Positions 1 through 9,271 of a stretch of 64,000 bases of DNA are shown piece after piece (position 1 is the first letter of the stretch; each line of letters starts with the position of its first letter). Source of the stretch: an uncultured Bdellovibrio sp. (GTDB lineage Bacteria; Bdellovibrionota; Bdellovibrionia; Bdellovibrionales; Bdellovibrionaceae); NCBI GenBank assembly GCA_963932905.1, contig CAWVRN010000006.1:97821-161820 (forward strand), read 5' to 3'. Below the pieces are notes generated by a model. The model saw nothing but the letters and a program-made list of their open reading frames with translations. It did not search any database and was not told the DNA's origin. Both the position numbers and the translations under genes were made by a program.

Positions 1-2
1 CA

Positions 3-986
3 CTACTTAAATTTTTCTTTCAAATCATCTAACAGAAAATATCGCTCAAATAAATCATTGTACCGTGACCAGCCTTCGTTACTGCCACGCTCGCTGCTAA
101 TGAAAGAATTTAAAGTGCTCATCTTGCTATCTAAATCGTCAACAAATGCGACTAAAAACGCTTCGATAAATTTCGGTCGTTTTGGAGAACCATATTCCAG
201 TTTTCCATGATGGCTTAAAATAATATGCTTACATATATCTTTTAGCTCGCTTGGAAATCCCATGATACGACTGGATTTCTTATCCACCAATTCACACGCA
301 ATTTCCATATGACCTATCAGACGTCCACGCGTAGTGTAGTTGAACATGTGCTCGTATTCAAGTTCCCAAAGTTTCCCGATGTCATGAAAGATCGCACCGA
401 AATACAGAAGATCACGGTTTAAAAAGCCATAGTGTTCAGACAAACCTTTTAAGATCTTGATAATCGACAAAATATGTTCCAGTAAGCCGCCATACCACGC
501 ATGGTGGATAGTCTTAGCGGCCGGTGCTTTGAACATCATCGGCTTAATTTCTGGGTCTTCAAGAACGGACAACACTAACAGTTTAATGTGTTCATTCTGA
601 ATTTCCTTCGCAAAAATCATAAGCTCGGCAAACATATCTTCTGGCGATTTTGCAGAACTCAAAACAAAATCACTTAATTGATAAGAACTTAATTCTTGAC
701 GAGTGATTTTAGAAATAATCAGCTGTTTTCTATTTTGAAAAACTTGAACGCTAGCTTTAACCAAAATGACATCGCCGGTATCAAACTCTTTACTTAGATC
801 TTCGACTTGATCCCAAACTCGGCCATCGATATTTCCCGTATTGTCCCCTAGCACCAGTGACATAAAGGGTTTGCCCGTCTTTCCCACTCCCAGATTTTTT
901 TCTTTAACCAAAAAAACGGATTGAACTGACTCTTTATCTTTTAAGTCTTTAACTAATATACGAGGCGTTTTATTTAATTCTTGCAT
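3..986 (-). CDS. yhaM: 3'-5' exoribonuclease YhaM/CBF1 family (OB-fold + HD domain)
   Basis: N-terminal OB-fold (GKPFMSLVLGDNTGNIDGRVWD); PAAKTIHHAWYGGLLEH, HDIGK, GRLIGH, SHHGKLEYGSP motifs. Confidence 0.9.
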   Translation of the reverse strand: MQELNKTPRILVKDLKDKESVQSVFLVKEKNLGVGKTGKPFMSLVLGDNTGNIDGRVWDQVEDLSKEFDTGDVILVKASVQVFQNRKQLIISKITRQELSSYQLSDFVLSSAKSPEDMFAELMIFAKEIQNEHIKLLVLSVLEDPEIKPMMFKAPAAKTIHHAWYGGLLEHILSIIKILKGLSEHYGFLNRDLLYFGAIFHDIGKLWELEYEHMFNYTTRGRLIGHMEIACELVDKKSSRIMGFPSELKDICKHIILSHHGKLEYGSPKRPKFIEAFLVAFVDDLDSKMSTLNSFISSERGSNEGWSRYNDLFERYFLLDDLKEKFK

Positions 987-1720
987 AGATAATCTTTATT
1001 TTGTGAATCGTTAAATTCGACTTGCGATAGATAGACTTTATCTTTATCCGGTTGAACAAAAATAAAATGACCACTCAATGCCGATATATGGCGATTGTTT
1101 GTAATATTGAAACGGATACCTTCACCGGAATTCATTTTTTGAAATGAACTCGTTATATCAAAATAAACGTTGCAACCAGCGCCATAAACTTCGCCATCAA
1201 CGCGCCTTTTTTTTCCGTTACTTACAAAATAAACTTTCATTGCAGACGGATTAGAAAACTCTACTAGATTAAACTTCAAAAAGAATGTTCCCTTGTCGCC
1301 TTCTGTAATTTTAGATAAATCCAGTGTTCCACCACCGCGAGGTAAATTATATTGAATGGCCTCGTGAGCTAAAATACCCGATACCTTTGCTGTAAACGAA
1401 ACTTCGATAGGAAGCCAAACAATCAACGTGTCGGTTTTTTCGTCTTTATCACCACCACCGGCATGTTCATCCTTTTTTTTATGGCCACCACCACCGTGGC
1501 CACCTGCCGGCGCTGCGGCAGCGCCGGATGCCATAACAGAGTCCCACAATTTTCCTGGCATTTTAAAATCCTCAGGAGTGTCACGAATTTCATAAACTTT
1601 ACCAGCAAAAGCAGGATTCGCGTCTGGATGCGCGGCAGGTGCCTCCGCAGTATGTTCCGACGCTAACGCCGCGGCAGCAAAGGCCGAAGCTAAAACTAAG
1701 AGGAACCCATTTTTTATCAT
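974..1720 (-). CDS. Secreted hypothetical protein with His/Gly/Ala-rich N-terminal linker
   Basis: Signal peptide (FLLVLASAFAAAALA); GGHGGGGHKKKDEH low-complexity stretch; overlaps both neighbours. Confidence 0.75.
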   Translation of the reverse strand: MIKNGFLLVLASAFAAAALASEHTAEAPAAHPDANPAFAGKVYEIRDTPEDFKMPGKLWDSVMASGAAAAPAGGHGGGGHKKKDEHAGGGDKDEKTDTLIVWLPIEVSFTAKVSGILAHEAIQYNLPRGGGTLDLSKITEGDKGTFFLKFNLVEFSNPSAMKVYFVSNGKKRRVDGEVYGAGCNVYFDITSSFQKMNSGEGIRFNITNNRHISALSGHFIFVQPDKDKVYLSQVEFNDSQNKDYLCKN

Positions 1721-3489
1721 TCTGGATTTTCCAATTGTGCCCGTGCTTCAATCAGTTGAGTTTGCAAAGGCTCTTTCTTTAATGCATCAAAAATTGAGCG
1801 TGAGTACTGAGCGCGATCTACTTGGAATAATCCAAGAGCTGCTAAATAAGACCATTCAGGAAACTTTTCGCTTAGAGTTGTAAAAGACTCTTTGGCACAA
1901 TCCATTTTTTTATTAGCTAAACAATTTTGGCCGCGATAATAATGAGTCGCTGCAAAATTTGAAAGATCAGATTTTTTCAGCAAAGATTCTAAGAGCATTT
2001 TCTGCCCCTTTGCGTAGGCTACATGCAATTGCATTAATTCATAGTGATTACTACCTACCGATAACAAATGTGCCTCGTCCAACAATTTGTCGACCGTTTC
2101 AAATTGTCCCGATTCTAGAGCACAGAATGCTCTAAACAGTTTTGGCATCAATTGCTGGCTTTTTGCATAAATACGTTCACATAAATCATCCAGAACCGTC
2201 CATTCCGTCAGGCTCCAATCTAGGGCTGGATTCTTTGCAAAATTTTGTGACTGCTTAGGAATCAATTCAATAAAATCCACTAAGGCCGAATCATTAGACG
2301 ATCCATCAACGCTAGCTAAGCCAATGTTTACCAAAGCAATTTCGCTGCGAAGAAACGCCGATTTTGATCGTGATTCAAACAAATCTTTTTTTACCAGGGT
2401 GATGTCGTCTTTAAATAGATCTCTAAAATCGATTAAATATAAACCGCGAATAAAACTAAAGTAGCCAATATTTTCGTAATTTTCATAACGAACATTTGCG
2501 TAGTTTTTATAGTACTCGCCCAATGTCGCTTTTGAACTTGGGCTTAATACCATTTTCGAATTCATTTTGTAGTTTTGAATGCCCCAGTTAATATTTGCCA
2601 ATTCATTAATGGGATCCTGAATCAGAGCTTTTTTGAAACTCTCTTGAGCCTTCAAATTGTCGCCTTCGATTTGATAACTTAGACCTAGTAAATTATAAAG
2701 TTCCGATCGCTTTTTAGGATTAGCAGTATCTACAGTTGCCGTAATTTGATTTTTTAGGTCACCGATCTCTTTGCCGATTGTAATTCGAGCTGGTGCGATC
2801 AGATCCAAAGTTTCTTTTGGAATATCTGTTCCCGCGATTTCTTTATAAACCTGAAATGATTTTTGGAAAAGTTTCAGGTTATAAAGCTGCGCTATTTTTT
2901 CCACTTTCTGCCGAATTTTCTCAGAATTTTGCATTCGCTGGAAAATCTTAAATCCCGTGAACAAAACCAACACAACGGCCGTGCCAATAATGACCTTACG
3001 TTTTAATTTTGCCTGCTGTGCCTCTAGTTCTTCTTTTACTTTCTGATCATTTAACAACCCATAGCTTTTGGCAATAGCTGCCGACTGTTTCGCTTCGGTC
3101 GACTTAGATTTTGGATTGAAAGAAAATGGAACCTCTTTAAGTGGTTCGATATCTTTGATATCATCGAAATCAATTTTAGCCGCTTCTCTCGCGTGATCTA
3201 CATTTTCAGTGCGAGAAAATGATCCTGTTATGATACTTAATGGACTTGTCTTTGTATTATTTAAGTTTAGTTTATCACGATTATTTTTTACGGTTTCAGT
3301 TAAATAGGGATAGTCGCGAATAAAATTCCAACGTGATTTCGGACGACGAATTTCGTCGACAAAGGAAATTTGGTTGTATGTAAGTAACTCAACAATTTCT
3401 TCTAAATTATATGGCCCGATCAAACGTGACGATGAGCGCACCAACCACATTTTCTCTTTCGGATTCACATCTTTAACTTCATAACCCAT
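1717..3489 (-). CDS. GYF_2-like N-terminal domain + single TM helix + TPR-like helical repeats
   Basis: WLVRSSSRLIGPYNLEEI...W motif; TM IIGTAVVLVLFTGF; TPR-like YNLLGLSYQIEGDNLKAQESFKKAL. Confidence 0.7.
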   Translation of the reverse strand: MGYEVKDVNPKEKMWLVRSSSRLIGPYNLEEIVELLTYNQISFVDEIRRPKSRWNFIRDYPYLTETVKNNRDKLNLNNTKTSPLSIITGSFSRTENVDHAREAAKIDFDDIKDIEPLKEVPFSFNPKSKSTEAKQSAAIAKSYGLLNDQKVKEELEAQQAKLKRKVIIGTAVVLVLFTGFKIFQRMQNSEKIRQKVEKIAQLYNLKLFQKSFQVYKEIAGTDIPKETLDLIAPARITIGKEIGDLKNQITATVDTANPKKRSELYNLLGLSYQIEGDNLKAQESFKKALIQDPINELANINWGIQNYKMNSKMVLSPSSKATLGEYYKNYANVRYENYENIGYFSFIRGLYLIDFRDLFKDDITLVKKDLFESRSKSAFLRSEIALVNIGLASVDGSSNDSALVDFIELIPKQSQNFAKNPALDWSLTEWTVLDDLCERIYAKSQQLMPKLFRAFCALESGQFETVDKLLDEAHLLSVGSNHYELMQLHVAYAKGQKMLLESLLKKSDLSNFAATHYYRGQNCLANKKMDCAKESFTTLSEKFPEWSYLAALGLFQVDRAQYSRSIFDALKKEPLQTQLIEARAQLENPE

Positions 3490-3498
3490 GAACTAATA

Positions 3499-5004
3499 TT
3501 AGTGTCTAAAATGCCTTTTGCCACTAAAAATTAAGTTCACATCTAGTTCCTGGCACTTTTTAATTACGTCGTCATCTTTCACACTTCCACCTGGCTGAAA
3601 GACCCACTTAATTTTATGTTTTGCTATAAGTTCAATTGAATCAGTGAATGGGAAAAACGCATCTGAAATCAGAACGGTTTGTGAAGTGATTTGATGATGT
3701 TTCAACGCTCGACCTAAGGATTGCTCTACAGCATCGACGCGATTTACCTGTCCCATGCCTAAGCCAATTGTCATTTTGTTATCGATCAAAGCTATGCTGT
3801 TTGATTTTAAGTAACCACATACTTTTTCGCCAAAAATAATATCTGCTTTTATACTTTCAGGAATCGCCTTTCCAAAAATTTGCCATTGCTCTGATGGGGA
3901 TGGAAACATATCTTGGTCCTGAACCAAAAAGCCACCCATGATTGTTTTTACGACCAGAGGGTTTTTCTTAGTGTGCACAGGGTATGTTAAAAGTCGTAGG
4001 TTTTTCTTTTTCGAAAACAGGGCAAGTGCATCATCCGAATAACCGGGCGCCACGATACACTCTAAGAAAATTTTTGAAAGTTCTTCCGCCATTTTTAACC
4101 CAATCGTACAATTCGTGGCGACGATTCCACCAAAAATGCTGACAGGATCTGTTTTCACAAGACGTTGCATGACATCGTCAGCATCGGTACCATAAGCCAC
4201 ACCACAAGGATTGTTGTGTTTAACGGCAACGGCATTCTTTTCTGGAATTTCTAAAGACAGGGTCAGGGCCGCATCTAAATCCAACAAGTTATTGTAAGAA
4301 AGCTCTTTGCCTTGAAGGATTTTAAAATCTTGGAAACCTTGCAAGTTCCCACCAAATTTGTACCAACGTGCTTTTTGATGAGGGTTTTCGCCATAGCGAA
4401 GTTCTTTTTCTAGTTTACCCCCTAGCATGAACTGCTCGGTTGATTCAGGATTTAGATACTGACTAATCAACGAATCGTAGTAACTGCAATGTTGAAACAC
4501 TTTAGCCGCTAGCTGTTTGTTCAGCGCGTACCTGTCAGTCGATTCTAAAATACGAGGATAATCGTTTGGATCGCAAACAACAGTGATACGTTCAAAACTT
4601 TTAGCGGCAGAACGAAGCATGCTAGGTCCACCGATATCAATTTTCTCAATCATTTCGTGCGGGGGAAGATTTTTTTTAAGCGATTCTTCAAAGGGGTAAA
4701 GATTAACGACAACTAGGTCAAACATCTCAGTCTCAAATTTTTTCAGGACTTCAGCATCACTTGAATTTCCAGCTCGAGCCAGTAATCCCATATGAATCTT
4801 AGGATGCAAAGTCTTCACTCGGCCATCCATCACCTCAGGAAACTGAGTCACTTCGCTAACATCCACCACCGGCAACTTATGGTCCCGAAGAAACTGAGCC
4901 GTTCCCCCGGTAGATATCAACTGAAGCCCTTTTTTCACAAGCGGCTCCAAAAACTCAATCAACCCACTCTTATCCGAAACACTCACCAAAGCCCGACGAA
5001 ACAT
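3499..5004 (-). CDS. purH: Bifunctional AICAR transformylase / IMP cyclohydrolase
   Basis: RALVSVSDKSG, GRVKTLHP, IDIGGPSM, LRYGENPHQ, KHNNPCG, SDAFFPF, RHFRH; ATG at 5004 with a GGGG RBS is preferred over 5037. Confidence 0.97.
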   Translation of the reverse strand: MFRRALVSVSDKSGLIEFLEPLVKKGLQLISTGGTAQFLRDHKLPVVDVSEVTQFPEVMDGRVKTLHPKIHMGLLARAGNSSDAEVLKKFETEMFDLVVVNLYPFEESLKKNLPPHEMIEKIDIGGPSMLRSAAKSFERITVVCDPNDYPRILESTDRYALNKQLAAKVFQHCSYYDSLISQYLNPESTEQFMLGGKLEKELRYGENPHQKARWYKFGGNLQGFQDFKILQGKELSYNNLLDLDAALTLSLEIPEKNAVAVKHNNPCGVAYGTDADDVMQRLVKTDPVSIFGGIVATNCTIGLKMAEELSKIFLECIVAPGYSDDALALFSKKKNLRLLTYPVHTKKNPLVVKTIMGGFLVQDQDMFPSPSEQWQIFGKAIPESIKADIIFGEKVCGYLKSNSIALIDNKMTIGLGMGQVNRVDAVEQSLGRALKHHQITSQTVLISDAFFPFTDSIELIAKHKIKWVFQPGGSVKDDDVIKKCQELDVNLIFSGKRHFRH

Positions 5005-5062
5005 AAACACCCCTGCCGATAAGCAAAGAGGTACCACTATTTTCCAAAGTTTCCAAATAAAG

Positions 5063-5165
5063 GGTACCTCCTAACATTCTGGAGCCCAGCGCATTAAACA
5101 ACTGCGCCAGAAATTAATATCAGATTAATTTTTATGCGGCGGGTACCAGAATGTTAGGAGGTACC
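5063..5165. repeat. Perfect 20-bp inverted repeat (REP/MITE-like) enclosing two small hairpins
   Basis: GGTACCTCCTAACATTCTGG (5063-5082) and CCAGAATGTTAGGAGGTACC (5146-5165); inner GCGCA/TGCGC and AAATTAAT/ATTAATTT stems. Confidence 0.85.
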
Positions 5166-5166
5166 T

Positions 5167-6546
5167 TTAGAATGGGGATTTTGTGAGTAATAGCTTTAGG
5201 TCGTCGTTGGTTAGGAATAGACCGGCGCCTAGGTAGCTGGATTTGGTTTGTTCCTTGTCTAGCATATCTTGTTGGCCGGCTGTTAAGTAGAGGCCGTAGA
5301 ATAAGTCATAACGGGCCGAGACCCTTAAGTTTGCTTTTTCTAGGTTAAATGCTTCAACGCTGAACCTAAGTTTGCGATTGAAGAAATGGTAGTCCATTCC
5401 AAAACCACCCGAGTTTTCGATTAAACCGGCCTTAATAGTAAAGTCGTAGAAATTTTTAGCAAATAGTAAAGTGAATTTCGTTTTGCTTAGGAAACGTTTT
5501 TCTGTGCTGGTGTCCGAAACAACCGCACCACCGCTGCTGACTTTGGTTTCTTCACGTTCAACAAGACCTGCCGGATCGTTGACGATACCTAGATAGTAAT
5601 AGCGATCTAAACCCGGCTGAATCTGGATACCAATCGTTGATTTCGTTTGGCCAACTGACGTCAAGTAGTCGCCATGGAAATCAAATCCGGTTTGAATTTT
5701 TCCCGCCGTATCAAATAAGCTGCTGATCCCCGTGATAGCCGTGTTTAACTCTTCCACCGTTGTTTCGTCATTGATAAGTTTACCGATGGTGCCTTCACCC
5801 TTATTGATTTTAGTGGTAACTTCATCAATGTTCTTCATAGTGCTATCCAAACGCACCAAAGTTTTTTTCCACGTTTTCTTTAAGCCTTCGTCACTTTCAT
5901 CATTTACCAATTCATCAAGCGTACGAGTGATGTCATTCACCTGATCTACGATTTCAGCAATTTGTTCTTTGTTTTCACCGGTAATATCTTTGATATCATC
6001 CGTGATTTTTTCGATATTCTTAACGATACGACCCAATACGTGTTTTTGTGTTCCTTCATCGGACAATGATTCACGCACAACTTCTGCGACTTGTTTTAAT
6101 GAACCCGCAATATCACCCACTTGAGCTAACACATTATCTAACGAACCTTTGTCACGCACATTGAGGATCTGACCACCTTCTGGTAGCGGCGGATCAGAAA
6201 TAGAGCCCGGATTTAATTCGACGTGCTTGTCACCCAAGATACCAATTGATTTAATTTCAACAGCTGCCGACGTTGTCATCGGGGTGTCTGCCCCCACACT
6301 GATTTCAATACGCGCTTTTCCATCTTGCAGACGAATATCTTTAATCACGCCAATAGGAATACCGGCCGTTTTTACACCAGAGTTTTTAATTAATCCCGCG
6401 GCATTATCTAACAAAAACCATGCACGTTTTGATTTGCCTAAAAAACTTGGGTCATCACTGACCTGCATTGACATCAAGCCGATCAATCCGCCGACGATCA
6501 CAACAAGAGCCCCCACTTTAAATTCAGTAGTTCCCATTAAGCTCAT
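5167..6546 (-). CDS. mlaD: MCE/MlaD family protein with long helical region and C-terminal beta-rich domain
   Basis: N-terminal TM (EFKVGALVVIVGG); MCE motifs (AAGLIKNSGVKTAGIPIG, GILGDKHVEL); GEGTIGKLIND; amphipathic beta C-terminus. Confidence 0.9.
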   Translation of the reverse strand: MSLMGTTEFKVGALVVIVGGLIGLMSMQVSDDPSFLGKSKRAWFLLDNAAGLIKNSGVKTAGIPIGVIKDIRLQDGKARIEISVGADTPMTTSAAVEIKSIGILGDKHVELNPGSISDPPLPEGGQILNVRDKGSLDNVLAQVGDIAGSLKQVAEVVRESLSDEGTQKHVLGRIVKNIEKITDDIKDITGENKEQIAEIVDQVNDITRTLDELVNDESDEGLKKTWKKTLVRLDSTMKNIDEVTTKINKGEGTIGKLINDETTVEELNTAITGISSLFDTAGKIQTGFDFHGDYLTSVGQTKSTIGIQIQPGLDRYYYLGIVNDPAGLVEREETKVSSGGAVVSDTSTEKRFLSKTKFTLLFAKNFYDFTIKAGLIENSGGFGMDYHFFNRKLRFSVEAFNLEKANLRVSARYDLFYGLYLTAGQQDMLDKEQTKSSYLGAGLFLTNDDLKLLLTKSPF

Positions 6547-7298
6547 GAGTGCTTCATCCCCTTAGACACAAACCGTTTTACCAATTCAATTTCACTGTTA
6601 TAAAAATCTTCGGGTTTTCCAAATAGAAGGACTTGGCCAGCATCAAGCATAGCTACATAATCGGCAATTCTGAAGGCCGCTGCAAGGTCATGACTTACCA
6701 TTATAGAGGTGGTCCCTTTATTGTGTTTATGTGTTTCTAATATTAGATTATCTACCATTTCGGTTAGAATGGGATCTAAACCTGTCGTTGGTTCATCATA
6801 CACAAGAATTTCTGGATCTAGGGCTAACGCGCGCGCCAGTCCAGTACGCTTTTGCATACCACCACTGATCTGACTGGGAAGTTTATGAAAATGTTTCGGA
6901 TCCAGTCCCACCATCTTCAGTTTGTCTTCCGCAATTTTTCTAACCTCATCTGGTTTTAAATTTCGTCGATGCTCAATCAAAGGAAAACTTACGTTTTCTA
7001 TAACCGTCATATCGTCAAACAAAGCAGCCGATTGGAATAGCACACCAAAATTGCAGCGAAACTTGGTTAAGTCGTCGGGTGACAGTTTAGACATATCAGT
7101 ACCTAAAACTTCTACTTTTCCTGAGGTGGGTTGGAACAGTCCTAACATATGCTTCAACAAAACAGATTTACCTGTTCCAGAAAAACCAATAATTGCCGTT
7201 AACGAACCTTTGGGAATTTCCAAGCTTAGCCCTTTAAGAACAAAGTCTTTACCATCAAATGTTTTTTTTACGTCTTGAATTTTAACGGCAGCTTCCAT
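6543..7298 (-). CDS. mlaF: ABC transporter ATPase, MlaF/Mkl family
   Basis: Walker A GFSGTGKS, FQSAALFD, ISGGMQKR, YDEPTTGLDP. Confidence 0.93.
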   Translation of the reverse strand: MEAAVKIQDVKKTFDGKDFVLKGLSLEIPKGSLTAIIGFSGTGKSVLLKHMLGLFQPTSGKVEVLGTDMSKLSPDDLTKFRCNFGVLFQSAALFDDMTVIENVSFPLIEHRRNLKPDEVRKIAEDKLKMVGLDPKHFHKLPSQISGGMQKRTGLARALALDPEILVYDEPTTGLDPILTEMVDNLILETHKHNKGTTSIMVSHDLAAAFRIADYVAMLDAGQVLLFGKPEDFYNSEIELVKRFVSKGMKHS

Positions 7299-8074
7299 TA
7301 CTGAATTCCCATCGTTAAATAGAAAATACGGATCAAGTTTGACACGAAATAATCTAAAATAATAACCATGACCATACTTGTGACGACCCCTTGATTGGTC
7401 GCTTCACCCACACCTTTTGCTCCACCCGTAGTGTAGAACCCGCGATAGGTACAAACTAATCCAAAGATCAAACCAAAGATGGCCGACTTAAACAGACCCT
7501 CCATGATGTGTTTTACTTCTACCGTCTGCCTTATTTTTTCTAAGAATATGGCTTTATCTAAATCAACGATGAAAACAACTAAAATGTAACTACCAATCAT
7601 CGCCACGAAATCAAATACGGCGGTCAGTAATGGCATACAAATGATTGCGGCCAAAATTCTTGGCCCGATTAAATACTGACGAGTGTTCACACCCATCACA
7701 TCCAGCGCATCGATTTGCTCGTTCACACGCATGGTCCCCAAACGCGCTGCCATTGCCCCACCCGCGCGGGCAGCTACGATCAATCCCGTCAATACGGGAC
7801 CAAGCTCACGAGTCACACCCAGCGCCACTGTCGGACCAACTAGATTGACAGCATTAATGATTTTAAATCCCAAATAGATTTGAAGTGAAAGAGCTAACCC
7901 TGTGAATAACGAAGTTAGCGAAATAATCGCAACAGATTTATTTCCAATGAATTCCATGTGCTTTAGTATTTCTTGCCAACGATTGGGCGGAGTCACAAGC
8001 AAACGCAACGAGGACGTCATGAATAAAATCATGTTCCCAGTCTCAGCTACAAAACTACGTACGGCGGTTACCAT
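7298..8074 (-). CDS. mlaE: MlaE family ABC permease
   Basis: RELGPVLTGLIVAARAG, LGTMRVNEQIDAL, GGAKGVGEAT. Confidence 0.95.
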   Translation of the reverse strand: MVTAVRSFVAETGNMILFMTSSLRLLVTPPNRWQEILKHMEFIGNKSVAIISLTSLFTGLALSLQIYLGFKIINAVNLVGPTVALGVTRELGPVLTGLIVAARAGGAMAARLGTMRVNEQIDALDVMGVNTRQYLIGPRILAAIICMPLLTAVFDFVAMIGSYILVVFIVDLDKAIFLEKIRQTVEVKHIMEGLFKSAIFGLIFGLVCTYRGFYTTGGAKGVGEATNQGVVTSMVMVIILDYFVSNLIRIFYLTMGIQ

Positions 8075-8117
8075 GCCTTATCGTATCGTTTTCGTTAAGC
8101 TATTACAATGATCGAAG

Positions 8118-8166
8118 GTTACGGACTAGAAGAAAGTAACCATACTAGGCACTTTCTTCCGTGACG
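8118..8166. terminator. Stem-loop downstream of the 8183-9202 gene (possible terminator)
   Basis: GAAGAAAGT (8129-8137) / ACTTTCTTC (8151-8159) with outer GTTACGG/CCGTGAC pairing; no strong U tract. Confidence 0.35.
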
Positions 8167-8182
8167 TAATAATGTTGTTAAA

Positions 8183-9202
8183 TTACTTGGATTGATTTCC
8201 GGAATCTAAGCTTTTCAGTTTTTGTATCGCTCGCGGTTTGTCGCCCTTCTTGCTTAGGTCAGTCACCTGTTTGGCGATTTCAGCGTATACCGGTCCTAAA
8301 TCTTCGACAAATTCGTTTTCACTACATATTTTTCTTTGACCATCTTCACCCAGAATAACTTTTGCCATCGACATCGCAGTCTCTTTTTTCTGAGCAGAAT
8401 AAAATGCACCTGAAAAACGTCCGCTAGCTAACGGTAGTCCTTCTTCACTGGAAGCCTTTAAGTTTCCCGTAACCGAGGGCTTTTTTATGTCGACATAATC
8501 TACATTCGCAACACCATCTGAATCCGTATGGAACGTCAGCTTTTCATTTCCGCATATCACAGATAGATTTCCAGCCTCACATTTGATATCTACGGTTTTT
8601 CCAAAATTGTCGCTATCAAATGGCCAAGCCTCTAAACCCTTTTTACTTTCTTTATTCCACCATGAATAAATTCCACCTAAGATCGCCGCCACTGCCAAGG
8701 CAATCAGGTAAGGTATAAGCAACGCGGCTTCCGCATTCTCCCCTGTACTCAGACGAAAAAAGAGATATTTTACGGCACCATTCCTTCCAACTTTTTGAGC
8801 AAAGAAAACCTCCACATCTTTAAACGTTTGTAAAACGTCTTTTGGATTCTTTAAGGCTAGGTTTTCGCCATTATAAGAAATTTGAAGTTTATCAGAATTT
8901 GCAAAAACTAATGGATATTTAAGACCTTCAATCGTTAGCTTATTTCCCTTCAATTCCGTCACTGGCATCCGAGTCGTAACGGCGATATTTTTTTCTTTTA
9001 GAAGTTTCCTAATTGTCACCAATGCCTTGGCATCCATCTTACTAAACGCGATCATTTTAGCGACTTCGTCAACCGTTGGTTGAGTGGCGATAAAATCCGC
9101 AGCATTTTTTACATTTGGCTTTTGATAAAATAGAACGGTTTCAGCAAAACTAAATTGGACAAGCAAAATGCTACTAAGTAGCACTTTAATAATAAAGCTC
9201 AT
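8183..9202 (-). CDS. Exported hypothetical protein with internal hydrophobic segment
   Basis: Signal peptide ending FSFA; internal TM LLIPYLIALAVAAILGGIYSWW; AGGAG RBS. Confidence 0.75.
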   Translation of the reverse strand: MSFIIKVLLSSILLVQFSFAETVLFYQKPNVKNAADFIATQPTVDEVAKMIAFSKMDAKALVTIRKLLKEKNIAVTTRMPVTELKGNKLTIEGLKYPLVFANSDKLQISYNGENLALKNPKDVLQTFKDVEVFFAQKVGRNGAVKYLFFRLSTGENAEAALLIPYLIALAVAAILGGIYSWWNKESKKGLEAWPFDSDNFGKTVDIKCEAGNLSVICGNEKLTFHTDSDGVANVDYVDIKKPSVTGNLKASSEEGLPLASGRFSGAFYSAQKKETAMSMAKVILGEDGQRKICSENEFVEDLGPVYAEIAKQVTDLSKKGDKPRAIQKLKSLDSGNQSK

Positions 9203-9271
9203 GAGGCAAACTCCTGTGAAGGACCTACCATTATTGTAACATTCTCTGCTGGGTATTTAATATTTCTTTCT

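Noticed and set aside
5005..5166. ZMP/ZTP riboswitch upstream of purH
   Set aside because: The minus strand has CTGGCG and CTGGGC words but lacks the GTGG/CCAC stem and CGCC pseudoknot partner; the long perfect inverted repeat fits a REP-like element better.
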